Part shown: positions 11,850 to 25,179 of the stretch, one piece after another | Layout of the letters: each line of letters opens with the position of its first letter | How positions within the stretch are numbered: the stretch's first letter is position 1 | From: Octopus sinensis | Taxonomy: Eukaryota | Length of the DNA: 64,000 nucleotides | Reading direction: 5' to 3' | Assembly (NCBI RefSeq): GCF_006345805.1 | Contig: NC_043007.1 | Coordinates: 5,394,001-5,458,000 of the forward strand | The notes under the pieces: generated by a model | The model's database searches: none | Seen by the model: only the letters and a program-made list of their open reading frames with translations | What the model was told of the DNA's origin: nothing | Translations under genes and position numbers: made by a program

Positions 11850-12852
11850 TATGTGGATGAGGAAGTTTTTCCCAACCAAGCTCTTCGATCTTCTGTGTGA
11901 TGTGATCTTTGCAGTGTGGGGTCGCGCATTGTCCTGATCAAACATCACTCCTTTCCTATTCACTAAAGCGGGTCTTTTCTTCTTCAAAGCTTGGTTCAAA
12001 CGCTCTAATTACTGACAGTAGACTGGAGCATTGATTGTTGCATTAGGTGGTAACAATTCAAAGTGAATTACTCCTTTGCAATCTCACCTGATAGAGAGAA
12101 GAACCTTTTCCCCATAAAGTTCCCTTCTCGGTTGTGGTTGAGCCTTTTCCCTTTTACCAAGCCACTGTTTATGACATTTAACATTTCGATAGAAGATCCG
12201 TTTTTTGTCACCAGTCACAAGTCTATCCAAAGAGGGTGAAATGAGTTCGCGAGAATGGAGAGAAGAGCAGATGTCAACTGGGGATTTGCAGTTGCTTTCG
12301 GACAATTCATGAGGCACCTATTTTCCAAGTTTAGGAACCTTTCCAAGTTATTGAAGATGACAATGAACAGTTGTATGGTTTGAACTAAGCTTTATTGCCA
12401 ATTCTTCAACTGATAACGCAGGATTTTCTTCAAGTAATGTCTCAAGGCACTTATCATCAAACTCAACTGGAAGTCCTGTTCGATCTTCATCTTCAAGGCT
12501 GAAATCTCCACTTCTGAATTTTGCAAACCATCTTCTGCAAGTTCTTTCATTCAAGCGGTCTTTCCCATAAACTGAGTATATATTTCGAGTCGCTTCGGTT
12601 GCAGAGTTTCCTTTTTTTCACTCATAAAGCATTATGTGCCTTAAATGCTCTTTGGATATTTCCATGTTAAAAAGGGTTTTAATCAAAGAAATTTTAATTC
12701 TATTATTCTGTAAAGTAATATTTAATTAGTTTAAATGTACACAAATGCATAAAAATAATTTTTAATTCCATTAGACATTCTAGAATACTATTAAACTTCA
12801 ATCAATTAAAAAAAAAGGTAAAATCGGACAGAACTTATGGGATGACCTGATA
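11850..12852 (-). mobile_element. Mariner (DD34D, Mos1-like) transposon fossil, 3' truncated
   Basis: TIR TATCAGGTCATCCCATAAGTTCTGTCCGATT at 12852-12822. ATG at 12665 gives MEISKEHLRHIMLYE*, RWFAKFRSGDFSLEDE, VPHELSE, LVTGDKK, DQDNARPHTA, with several stops. Confidence 0.92.
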
Positions 12853-13949
12853 CACAAAGTTTAGATGGAATTGAAAGCCTCCGCCGTAAATGTTTCAGTT
12901 GAATCAAAGAGGAAAAAGTTGTAAACAACTTGCGGACCCATGATTCAAGTCACATGAACTTACTTTGAAATTTAAAAATCATCATTTTGCTATCAGCAAA
13001 GCCACTGAAAATCGAACGAGTTTATTTTAAAAATATAAATGCTATTCATCAATTAAAAAATTATTCACTTGCTAAATCAACTTTTTGTGTCATTTAATGA
13101 GAGAATCTCTTCTCGGTTTAGACAAAGCTGAAGAAACTCTTACACTACACACACACACACACACACACACATATAAAATAAAATAGGAAGCTTGCATTTC
13201 GTGTAAGAAGAGAATTAAAAAATGTTAAAAGTTGAAAATTTCATTTAATGTTTTAATTAGAATTAATTAGGCAGAGATTGTCCGTAAAAGAGACGTGAGG
13301 GTTCTGCGACTTTTTTGTTTTGAATATTGTAAATAGTATTTGTACTAATATAAATTCGGAGACTGCGACTGTAATGTATTTTACATGTTTGGCAGGGACC
13401 ATGATGCATTGAGAGGCATCAGCCGAACAAATTTAGTCTTAAATCGTGCAGGTGTGGCATATGTGGAGAGACGTCTACTTCCCAGCCACACAAGAAATAG
13501 GAAATAATTCAATTCAGTTAAGAGTTCTAAGAGTTGTATTAGAGTTATCTCCCTTACACCCTTCTACCATTTCGCTAAACATAATCTATTCTGGTCATTC
13601 TTTCCTTTTTTCCTTATTATTTACCCACTTTTGCAGAATCAAGTGAGGTTGATTTTCGTTTTTATGGTTGGTTAACGAAATGTTTCTTCTGTTTTATCAA
13701 CATAGTCTGTTATTTATAGAATGTATATTTGAATAATCTGCATGGTTACGTGGTTAAGAAGGTCGATGTGCAACCTCTATGTTGTAAAATCTTTCCAGTT
13801 TCAGCACAAAGCCAGCAATGTTAGAGGGTGCGGGTGGGGGGGAAGGAAGCCGATTTCATGGATCCGTGCGATGCTCAGCTGGTTCTTATTTTATCGACCA
13901 CGAAAGAATGGAAGGCAAGTTGACTTCGGCGCAATTTGAACTGAGTTTC

Positions 13950-14246
13950 CCAAAATGCAAATATATGGAAAACTACCACCTGTGTCATCTCTTGTGAAAG
14001 GTAGGAGAGTCCAGTTTGCTGGACATTGTTGTAAAGCTGAAAAAGAGGTAATTTCTACTCTTCTCCTCTGGAAGCCATCTACTCGCAATACCAGAGGGCG
14101 CACACTCTCCTACCCTGATGTAATCTCCAGGGATACAGGTATCCAGCAACAGGACCTCCGTAATGCCATGATGGACCGTGAAGTCTGGCGTAGCATGGTA
14201 AATTCCATTGTCTCGACCACGGTCGAACAATGATGAATGATGATTG
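13950..14246 (+). mobile_element. RTE/RTE-X LINE 3' end
   Basis: IYGKLPPVS...RRVQFAGHC...LLLWKP...AMMDREVWR..., then a tga-type tail. Confidence 0.8.
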
Positions 14247-14424
14247 AACTGAGAGCGTAAATGAGTCGGGGAAAAAAAATGTCACAAAACATTTGGTCCG
14301 CCTTCGGAACTATAACGAAAATATTAAATATTTTGGATTGTTTCTAGAATTGAAATATGACTGGAAAGTTTTCGAGTGACACTTTATTCTATCGACCCCG
14401 CGAAGAAGGGAAGCATTTTATCGA

Positions 14425-14700
14425 AGCATTTTTTCACGCTGAGAGTTGCTGAAGCATGGAACAAACTGCCAGCATCAGTTGTTAGTTGTCGGAGCACTGC
14501 ATCCTTCAAAACTTCCATGCTTCCTGAGATCCGCCAACACTACACCTGATTTTCTCCCCTCCATACACACAAGCAAGCATGTATCTGACTAATACACTGT
14601 TCACTTCCCAGATATTTGTACATTACTGCATATACTTTATATGCACTTTTCACAAGTTGTGGTGCACCTGAGCACTGTATACAATAATTTCATTATTATT
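14425..14700 (+). mobile_element. CR1/L2-group LINE 3' end
   Basis: HFFTLRVAEAWNKLPASVV...SFK* plus a 3' UTR ending cattattatt. Confidence 0.75.
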
Positions 14701-16484
14701 AAGAGCAAAAGCAAAACTTTAGCAAGTGCAGGGGAGAGAACTCTTGCAACCACCTTTGTTATCCGACCATAAAATAGTTTTGCATAAAAAATTTCTACAA
14801 GTTATCTTTTTTATGAATCCCGAAAATCATAGAATTTTGCCTCTCCGCATATTCTTGTAAAATATATTCCTTGCAGATATTGCTGATTGGCTCAAAAAGA
14901 TTTTGTCGTAAGCATATGACTCCGGGTTCGATTCCACTCGGTCAAGGTGCTTTGTAGCGATGTGATAGATACCAGTAATATCCTGGGAAGCCAGTTCTAC
15001 AAACTACACATTACCTCTTTCCATGATGGTAAGTCCTGGAATTATATTTGTGGCTGTTCTGTCAACCCTGCATCCTCCCATTTACAAGGTAGTATTATGT
15101 TGTAATAATATAATGGTTTCAAATTTTGGCACAAGGCCAGCAATTTCAGGGGAGTGGTTAAATCGATTTCACCTTCCCCCCCCACCTACCCAGTGCTCTA
15201 ACTTTGGTAATTATTTTATCGACCCCAAAGGAGTGAAAGGCAAAGTCAACCTTGGTGGAATTTGAACTGAGAACGCAAGGACGGATAAAATGCTCGGCGT
15301 GCTGACATCTATCATCAACTATACAGATATTGCAACAAGTTTCTTAACTGCCAAAGGGAAAAGCCACTTTAACTGACAAGCTTGTTTGAGCAAGGGCAAT
15401 ATTGTGACTTGTCGAACCTATGCTTGGGATTGGTCGGCGGTGGTGTGGGAAAATCCATTTCTCTTGCTAAGCTTCTGATTGTACATACCTTGAATACATT
15501 ACAAGTACTTTGAAGTTACTTTCTTTACTTTTTCTTATTCCCTCTTTCTCCCACCTGTCTCAGAGGCATTGAAGTAGTTCACAAGTCCCTTACCATTCTT
15601 CTGATTGAGTCATTAAAATAAAAGGATTCAAAAGTAAAAGAATCATAATCAGATTATTGAAGTGTGTCTGTGAATACCTAGTTCAGGACCATGGCTGACC
15701 ATTGCCATTAGAAAAGGCTTTCATGCCTACGTGAACATGGTTTAACCAATCAAATTGACTGAGCTAAGATCTTCCCACCAAATAGTCTGGCTGAGTCTTC
15801 ACAAAAGCTCCATGGGGTCAATTGAACCCTTGGCAGAATCATCCAGAAGGTTATACGGAGCTTTGATGCTCCGTTGCATGAGACAGTCACTCACCCTCTT
15901 CTACATTTCTTTACAGAAAAGCTTATGGTACTCTATGGAGCTTTGTCATTCAATGCTGTGCGAAATATTCTCATGTTTCTCCTTGATTGCCTCGAACGAC
16001 CTGAGGAACCATTTGAAGTCAGTTTTGTAACAGACATTCTCATTCTTTCCTCTTAATTTCTCCTCAATAATTAAAGGCAGTCTTCTTATTACCATTTACT
16101 ATATTCTGCAGTGAAAACTTGAACTTATTATTTGATACCCCTTGAATGCTGTTCCATTTATCCAACTGTTATTAAATATGTCAATTCTTCAAATGTTCTG
16201 GCTTAATAAGAAATAGAAACTTATAAAAAAATATTAGTGTGGTCAAGAGAAACATTAGCAGACCACAAAATCTTGTTACTTGTTAACAATTATTCAATTC
16301 TTTGACAATCCTAATTCCAATCTCTAAACTTCTTTGTAGCACTCGTAAACACTCATAATTAATTTCTTTACTTTGAGAATCTCTGTCTTTGAGGATTTCT
16401 ATTGATGAAAAGGGTCACAGCTTTACGTAAAACGGGAAAACTTCAGACAAGTCTTTAGCTGTTAAAATTCACGGGAGTTTTTGT

Positions 16485-17478
16485 GTTTTCTTCTTCCTTC
16501 TTCTTCTCTTCTTCATTCTTATTCTTTTCTTCTCTTTCTTAGTTCTTAGTTTCTTTTCTGATGTCCTCTCCTCCTCAATCATCCTCCTTTCTTCTCCTTT
16601 TCCTCCCCTCTCCTCCTCATTTCCTACCTTCTCCTTAATCACCTCCCTCCTCTCCTTTCTTTTTTCTTTTTCTCCTCCTCCTCCCCTCCCTCTCCTCACT
16701 CCTTCTTCCTTTTCTCCTCCTCCTCTTATTCTCCCCTCCCCCTCCTTCTTCTTTTCCCCCTCCTCTTCCTCCTCTTCCTCATCCTCCCCTCCCTCTCTTC
16801 TTCTTCTTCTTCTTTTCTTCTTCTTTTTTTCTTCTTCCCTTTTTCTTCTTCCTCTTCTTCTTCTCTTCTTTTCTTCTTCTTCTTCTTCTTCTTTCTTCTC
16901 TTTCTTCTTATTCTTCTTCTTCTTCTTCTTCTATTCTTCTCTTCTTCTTCTTCTTCTTCGTCCTCTTCCTCTTTTCTTCTTCTTCTTCTTCTTCTTCTTC
17001 TTCCTCTTCCTCCTTCATTCTTTTCTTCTTCTTCTTCTTCTTCTCTTCTTCTTCCCCTTTCTTCCTTCTTCCTCTTCTTCTTCTTCTTCTACCTCTTCTT
17101 CTACCTCCTTCTTCTTCTTCCTCCTCTTCTTTCTTCTTCATTTCTTCTTCTTCTTCTTCTTCTTTTCTTCCTCTTCTTCTTCTCTTCTTATTCTTATTCT
17201 TCTTCTTTTCTTCTTCTTCTTCTTCCTCCTCTTTTCTTCTTCTTCTACTTCCTCTACTTCCTCTTCTTTCTTCTTCTCTTCTTCTACCTCTTCTTCTTCC
17301 TCTTTTCTTCCTCTTCTTCTTTTCTTCTTCTTCTTCTTCTTCTTTCTTCTTCTTCTCTTACTCTTCTTCTTCTTCTTCTACTTCCTTCTATTCTCTTCCT
17401 CTTCTTCTTCCTCTTTTCTACCCTTCTTCTTCCTCTTCTTCTTCCTTCTTCTTCTTCTTCTTCTTCTTCTCTTCTTCT

Positions 17479-17510
<32 letters not shown>

Positions 17511-17632
17511 TTCTTCTTCCTTCTCTTCTTCTTCTACTTCCCTCTATTTCTTCTTCTTCTTCTCCTCTCTTCTTCTTCTTCTCTTCTTTCCTCTTCTTCT
17601 TCTTCTTCTTCTTCTTTCCTCTTCTTCTTCCT

Positions 17633-17664
<32 letters not shown>

Positions 17665-17680
17665 TTCTTCTTCTTCTTCT
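16485..17680. repeat. ~1.2 kb polypyrimidine (TTC/TCC)n tract
   Basis: Direct reading. Confidence 0.95.
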
Positions 17681-18364
17681 ATCACCATGAGTTCCACATA
17701 ATATAGTTACCTTCTATGCAATGAGTCCTGCACACTTTAAAAGACCCACACCTTTATGCAGCGAGTGCACAAACACCGCATCTCAGACAACATTCGTGAA
17801 ATGAAAAACAAAAAACAAAACAAAAAAATATGGTTATCCAACACTGTTAATTCATTTATTTATTTTTTTATTTATTTATTTATTTAATTATTTATTTACT
17901 GAATTGAAAATGCAACAAGTTACAAAAAAAAAAAGTTCAATTTCACTTTTGTACATTTTCTAGTTTAAAAAAACCGTTTTCTTTTGTTTTATTGATGTTA
18001 AAACAAACGGCATTAAACCAATCAATATTATATGAGGACTGCTTGTGTATTTTTTAAATAAATTTTACAGAGATCGGCTTCTTGATGCGTGGATCATCGT
18101 CATGCTGCTAAAATTAATATTATTTTTTTCAGAAGGTGAATGAATCTATAACTTTTTCACCAGTCAGTAACCTTTGCTATTTCTGCACAACATAAAGAAA
18201 AGCATCTTGACATAGAAGTAAGATCCTGGCTGAGATTTGAGACAAAACTTTCAGATTTTCCCAATCTGGAACCAGCAACTGAAAGCGAAAGAGTCACCTG
18301 GAAAGGTGTAAATACTTACACAAATATTCTCTGACAAATCAGAAATGGCTGAATTATATCTGAG

Positions 18365-18828
18365 ATCAAATGGAATTGTAGTTGTGATCCCTGCGCCGGT
18401 GGCACATAAAAAGCACCATCCGTATGTGGCCAATACCAGCGCTGCCTTGACTGGCTTCCATGCTGGTGGCATGTAAAAAGCACCAACCAATCGTGGCCAT
18501 TGCCAGCCTCCCCTGGCACCTGTGCCAGTGGCACGTAAAAAGCACCATCTGAACGTGGTCGATGCCAGTGCCGCCTTGACTGGCTTCATGTCGGTGGCAC
18601 GTAAAAAGCACCCACCCATCGTGGCTGTTGCCAGCCTCCCCTGGCACGTAAAAAGCACCCACTACACTCATGGAGTGGTTGGCGTTAGGAAGGGCATCCA
18701 GCTGTAGAAACACTGCCAGATCAGACTGGAGCCTGGTGCAGCCCCCTGGCTTCCCAGACCCTGGTCAAACCGTCCAACCTGTGCTAGCACAGAAAACGGA
18801 CGTTAAACGATGATGATGCTGATGATAA
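18365..18828 (+). mobile_element. RTE-associated 3' UTR/SINE element with internal tandem array
   Basis: Five (G)TGGCAYRTAAAAAGCACC units, then ggagtggttggcgttaggaagggcatccag and a (GAT)n tail. Confidence 0.8.
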
Positions 18829-19134
18829 TGTGACAGTCTTGGAAAGAAATATCTAAGGGCACCTACCAAACAGTTTGGCTGAAGATTCTAGAAGGATGGT
18901 CAACTGATAAATTCAATCTATCCAGTGAGTTGCTAAACAATCTAGAGCTGGGGGTGGATCTATGTCATTTGTTTTTATGAGTTATTCTCTCTCTCCACCT
19001 CTTTTAAGCAGCATGTTTATGTTGCAGACAACAAAAGGCATTCACCTGGACCCGTAATCTTTAGCAGCAAAACATTTATTCTATGCAGGGATTAATTCCC
19101 TTGCACTACTTTCATTAACCAGCAAGTTATATAC

Positions 19135-19630
19135 ATCATCATCGTTTAATGTCCATTTTCCATGCTAGCATGGGTTGGACGGTTTGACTGGGGTCTGGTA
19201 AGCCATGGAGGCTGCACCAGGCTCCAGTCTGATTTGGCATGGTTTCTTCAGCTGGATGCCCTTCCTAACGCCAACAACTCCGTGAGTGTAGCGGGTGTTT
19301 TTTACGTGCCACCAGCACAGGGGTCAGAGGAGGCTGGCAAACGGCCACGATCGGTTGGTGCTTTTACATGTCACCGACACAGATGCCAGTCAAGTGGTGC
19401 TGGCATCTGCCACGTTCGGACGCTGCTTTTTACGTGTCACCAGCACTGGTGTGTTAACTACAATTTCCATTTGAATTTTTATTTTGATGGTTGATGTACT
19501 TGACTCAATAGGTCTCCTCAAGCACAGCAGGTCACTCTACGATCCAAGGTTAGCACAGCAGGCCATCCTGCGAGCCATGAACTCACTTCATTTGTCGGGT
19601 CTTCGAAGTCCCAGCATATCTCCAGAGGTC
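19135..19630 (-). mobile_element. RTE LINE 3' end plus the same repeat-containing 3' UTR
   Basis: Reverse complement of the 18365 element, extended by a DLWRYA..SKTRQ-like RTE C-terminus. Confidence 0.7.
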
Positions 19631-20084
19631 CAGCTAATTGCTATGTTTAGTGAATATTGGTCCATTCATTTATTGGTTGCACACTTGTAAATATAAAGAT
19701 GCAGTTTAATAAACTATTTGGGAACTCAAACTTTAGGGATCATTGTCTACACATGTGACCTTCCTGATTTGGGAACAGCCTCAGAAGAGATATAGATTGT
19801 CACCAGTGAAAAACTTTATCCTGATTGATAATCAACCAATGACACTACACCAATCAATAATTATTGATTATCAATGTGTATTTGAAAAGAACGATGCAAT
19901 CATTTCCAGAGATTTTGTTCATTAATGGAGATAGAAATGGTGGACACACTCAGCAAAAAGCCTCATTTCTAATGTGGTGCAATAACCATGAAGAAATTGT
20001 GAAATGATTTGGAGAGGTGAAGCATTCTTGTATTGCTGAACAAAAAGAAAGAAAAATTCTTCCAACATAATTGTGACTGCACCC

Positions 20085-20313
20085 TTAACCCTTTAGCATT
20101 TAAACCAGCCATATCCGGCCAAAAGTATTCTGCCTGTTTTATGTTCAAACTGGCCAGATCTGGTCTCTCACACCAACCCTACAATATCGTTTTAAAAATT
20201 AACAGCTACCTCATCAAAATCTCATAGCTACAAGATAATACCTGATTAGTTCAAAACAATGTGGATGAAAAAGCATTAATTTTGGTAGAATAATGTGAAC
20301 ACTAAAGGGTTAA
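20085..20313. mobile_element. piggyBac-type MITE
   Basis: TTAA-CCCTTTAG ... CTAAAGGG-TTAA. A partial inverted copy lies at about 42320-42470. Confidence 0.85.
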
Positions 20314-20664
20314 AGGATGACTGCAAAAGTTTATAAAAGAAATATATTCAGGGAAAGGAACATTAAGCTTTGGTTATGCCTCAAATATTTATCCCTGCCA
20401 TCAAGTCACTGAGTCAAGCTGTTAAAATGGATTCCTTAGTCCCTTATTTGAATGGTTTAACTCATTTCATAGCAACCTGAACGGATCACAGAATTCTTGG
20501 TTCAATAATGCAAACACCTTGTTTGATTAAAATCAAAATCTTCCCTCAAAATTTCCCATTAACTCATATTTCAAACATAAGCCTTATAACAATGAAGTTA
20601 TGCTTTTGTTTTGCAAGATTACTGATGTGAAGCTGTATGTTGAAACATATATTGTTATATTTCA

Positions 20665-21178
20665 GGAAGGTCGGATACGTGTCCTCATCTGTGGAACTCA
20701 AAGCAATCCAGCACCAATACACAAAGGAGATTGACTCGATGCAAAAGATGGGCTTCTGGGAGAGGCTGAAGGAGCTGAGTCTCTATTCTCCATGAGAGAA
20801 GACGAGAGAGATATACAGTGATATATATTTGGAAGATGTTGGAGGATTTAGTTCCGAATTTTGGAATTGACAGCTATGCCAATCCTTGAACTTGATGGCA
20901 CTGCAATAGTCTTGGTTTCAAGGGCCTGCAATTGTTCAACATCCTTCCGGGAAAACTTAGAGATCTACATGGTGTTGGTGTGGAAGTTTTCAAGGAACGT
21001 TTGGACAGGTTTCTGTTTGAGACACCAGATGAACCCACATCGTGGCAGGAGGCGCAAAGAGGAGCAGCTCCGTCCAATTCGCTTCTTCACCAAAAAACGA
21101 TACTGGCAACAACTACAGGTGGTGCTCCAGCATGACCTCGGCCCTGGGCTGAAACCAGTAAAAGATAAAAGATAAAAA
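20665..21178 (+). mobile_element. CR1/Jockey-group LINE 3' end
   Basis: WERLKELSLYS..RRERY.VIYIWKML..LVPN, LFNILPGKLRDL...FKERLDRFL..PDEP...SNSL, and a (GATAAAA)n tail. Confidence 0.8.
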
Positions 21179-21230
21179 CAACTTAGGGATGCACTGGATG
21201 AGATTTTGGATAGTCTTGGTTGTGGTATTA

Positions 21231-21460
21231 AGGTGGCGAGCTGGCAGAAACGTTAGGATGCCGGGTGAAATGTGTAGCCATATTTCGTCTGCCATTACGT
21301 TCTGAGTTCAAATTCCGCCGAGGTCGACTTTGACTTTCATCCTTTCGGGGTCGATAAATTAAGTACCAGTTACGCACTGGGGTCGATGTAATCGACTTTG
21401 TCTGTCTGTCCTTGTTTGTCCCCTCTGTGTTTAGCCCCTTGTGGGTAGTAAAGAAATAAG
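21231..21460 (+). mobile_element. Full-length MetaSINE-like tRNA SINE
   Basis: ggcgagctggcagaaacgttag...gagttcaaattcc...tttcatcctttcggggtcgataaattaagtacc. Further copies at about 11470-11730, 13800-13945, 15115-15305, 28180-28340, 29195-29403, 30653-30990, 39425-39590, 41175-41550, 45060-45440, 54433-54845, 55360-55940, 56965-57155 and 58085-58530. Confidence 0.92.
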
Positions 21461-21960
21461 TATTCAAAATCTTGCATAGAAATTCATTTAATACACAATG
21501 TTTTTTTTTTTTATCAGAAATACCATTTTTTTCCTGAAGTTATTTAGTAAACAAAACAAAAAAAATTATTTCCAGAAATTCTGTTTTGCAAAGTTTATTT
21601 AAACAAGAATATACAATATACTTTAAACTTATATATATATACCTCAAATATAGATGTGACCCTCAAATTAAACAATATGATTCAAATATATATTTATGAA
21701 TTGCTTTCAATATTGAAATGACTTTAAACGACATTGTTAAAAGATTTTACGAGATCAATAGATAGAGATATTGATTTTCACCAGATGATATTGAAAATAT
21801 GCACACACAATTTTATAACCTTTAAATGGAATGATAGATAGCAGTCAGGCTAGATCATCATCATCATCATCATATAATATATAGATATATATATATATAG
21901 TATATGTATATATATATGTATATGTATGTATATATATGTATATATATATATATATATATA

Positions 21961-22000
<40 letters not shown>

Positions 22001-22019
22001 CGTATGTGTGTGTGTGGGG

Positions 22020-22055
<36 letters not shown>

Positions 22056-23274
22056 TATAAATGTACATGTACATTTAAGAGTATTCATATAATATAATAT
22101 ACAATAGAAACATGTGCATATGTATGTATATGATAGATGGATAGATACAGAGATAAGTTTTGGCCAGCATTGGCCCAGACCATGTCTAACTTAGTAGCAC
22201 CATACACACACGCACACACATATATACATATCTTGTATATGCCTATCTCTTTATATACAAATATATATAGAAATATATTTATATAAACATTTGAAAAAAA
22301 AATACCCAAAATATTTGTCATCACACCATTTATATTTTATTTAATTTTATTTGATTTTGAATTGTTTTATTTTTGGAAATAATATTGAGAAAATTCTTTA
22401 TAAAAACAAATATTGAAGATGTATGAAACATTACAGGTTTGACCTGAAAATCTTTTTAGCATTGATATTAATCCCAAGTTCATTTGGAATGTCGCAGTGT
22501 TCCATTCGTTATTTTATCAAACAATTTATATAATTAATGGTCGTATCATTAGCATAAAGAATTTATTTCAAAGAGAAATGTTCCTATGGAACACTGTGTT
22601 TCTCAGTAGCGCCACCTGGTTAATTCTCAAGTTACTAACATAAATCATTGTAGAGAGGTTTATTGTTGAGTTAATCTAAATATAATATGGATGTAGTGTA
22701 TAGAAGGAGTTATAATCCAAGCTGTGTTGCCATGAAGCATATCTGAATATTCACATTAATCCATTGTATCGAAATAGATGCTTAATTTTGAATTAGATAG
22801 ACATAGCAATTGAAATTCCTGGAGACTTTTATTTGCAGAATAATTACACATCAAAACAGAAGACTGGGAATATTTGGTATATTTTGAATTCCATGTCACA
22901 TGTTTTAATGGAATTAAAATAAACAAAGCTTTCTCAGTCTTCTTCTGCTTTGGTACATAATGTGGATATGGGTATATATGCTTGCTTGGAATTTTGGTTT
23001 TGTTATGTTGTTGAGCATTTATAATGATTGGAAAAATTAAGCTGATAATTTGTAATATAAATGGTTTAAGATTTCTATTTAAAAGAATATTTGTTTTCTA
23101 TCTGTCTATGTATGTCTGTATGTCTGTCTGTAGTTAAATAGATAGATAAATACATGGTTTGTGGTACTATATGCGTGTATAAACATGCTTGATTGTTGTG
23201 TTTCAATGTGCAAACAAGAGAAAACAAGTACTCAAGGCATATAATAATTTATATATATATATACATATATATTA

Positions 23275-23313
<39 letters not shown>

Positions 23314-23420
23314 TAAAATCAAAATGAGGGTGAAAAATTGGATATTGATTTGATAACATCAATTTTAACACCAGTGGTCTAGTATATAAGAACAAACTGA
23401 GATTCAGTAAATAGTATTAC

Positions 23421-23719
23421 ATACATAAATATAAGAGGGAATTTTTTACCACTATGTGGAAACCCTTATGCTAGAAGAAGATCCGCTATGGTCTCAACCA
23501 CTAAGAAATGTTCTCCAGAAAAATTTAGCACACCAGAAACGTAAGCAAGCAAGACAAATGAAAAATAATCTATATTTTTCATTTGTCTTGCTCACTACGT
23601 TTCTGGTGTTTGCTAAATTTTCTGGAGAACATTTCTTAGTGATTAAGACCATAGCGGATCTTCTTCTAGCATAAGGGTTTCCACATAGTGGTAAAAAATT
23701 CCCACTTATATTTATGTAT
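23421..23719. repeat. ~300 bp near-perfect palindrome (arms ~147 bp, 5-nt loop) inside a (TA)n-flanked insert
   Basis: gggaattttttaccactatgtggaaacccttatgctagaagaagatccgctatggtct is reverse-complementary to agaccatagcggatcttcttctagcataagggtttccacatagtggtaaaaaattccc. Loop atcta at 23568-23572. Confidence 0.95.
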
Positions 23720-24206
23720 CTATATATATTTATGTATGTATATATAAACAGGTATGCATGTAGACATGTGTGAGAATAACATATATACATACATATATAT
23801 ATATATATTAATATATATCTATATATATATATGTATGTATGTATATATATAAGCAAGTATGCATGTAGACATGTGTGAGAATAACATATATACATATATT
23901 TATAATACATGTATGTGTGTATGTATATAATTCCTACACATACTTATGTACAAATGGTCATATAATGTGCAGCCTATTTATTATGAACATAGAAATATAA
24001 CAATGTTTGTGAACAAAAGACTTTGGCATCAGTGTGGTAGACTCCCCAAAACGACACCAGCATCATCCACATGGACGTCCTTGCAGACTGGAACCATAAA
24101 CCAGCTTTACTTATGAATGAGCGAAATGGCAAGCCTCTCCATCTTGGGTATCACAAATATCACAAATACAGCATCATGATGAGTCCCATTTGGAGAAAAT
24201 GCGATG

Positions 24207-24434
24207 TGAACCCTTTTGTGACTGCATTTCTGTTGAGATGTTCTGTGTTTCTTTCAATTATTTTAAACATAACAAATAATTTAGTAAAAGAACTTAGTTA
24301 TCGTTCAGCTAGTGTAAGGAACATAAATTGTGACTAAGATTTCGTGGAATATTTTAATTAAAAACTTATGAAAACAAGACATTTGTACTTAGAGCCAGAG
24401 CTGGTTTCAGCCGGGTTGGTAACGAAAGGGTTAA
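24207..24434. mobile_element. piggyBac-type MITE (second family)
   Basis: TGAA-CCCTTT ... AAAGGG-TTAA termini. Confidence 0.65.
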
Positions 24435-24839
24435 ACATGATCCCTCACTGACCAGAGAAATACTCCTAAACCTTCACTTAGCAGCATCTAAAATTTCAGA
24501 TCAATACATTTAACTCATTCGTAGCTAGATTCGTAATGAGACAAGCTGTCTATATGTTTCAGTTAATGTTGGAAATAATAAAAAAATTTGGAGGGAGTTA
24601 TTAAAATAACTAATCATTTAAAAATATGGATTCCTGGCAGGAATATTCTCTGCGAAAAACAACCCAATCAAATGATAGATTAAATATATTTTTAAACTGG
24701 TTATTATATGTAATTATTTTTAGATATTTTTATAAAGATATGGATAGGATATTTTCAAACAGATCATGTTGTGTCATGGGATCAATGTTGATTTGGATGT
24801 ATGCAGGTGTATAGGGAATGTATTGTATGTATGTATATA

Positions 24840-24884
<45 letters not shown>

Positions 24885-25179
24885 TATATATGTATATGGA
24901 TGTAGGTATGAATGTATGTACGTACATATGTATGTATGTATGTATGTACGTACGTATGTATGTACGTATGTCATTATTCAGTTTTATTTCAAGATTTCTT
25001 GGCAATAGAGAAAGGGCCAGTTTCAAAACTAGATCCAAGGCTCCTTCATTGGAATTTCATCAACAGGGTATTTTTGTATGTATGTATGTATGTATGTATG
25101 TATACGTGCAGATTTGTATGTTTTGCTTTATGTATGTCTTCTCATGTATATAGTTGCATATCTAGACATGTTCATATAT

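Noticed and set aside
11745-13372. hAT element hosting the mariner insertion
   Set aside because: The ends only loosely resemble hAT TIRs and no TSD is visible.
15700-16450. Possible LTR-retrotransposon gag remnant on the minus strand
   Set aside because: Only a vague resemblance with many stops; not supportable without a search.
18395-18662. CRISPR-like repeat/spacer array
   Set aside because: Spacers are two recurring types, the unit is part of a dispersed retroelement UTR, the context is eukaryotic and there are no cas genes.
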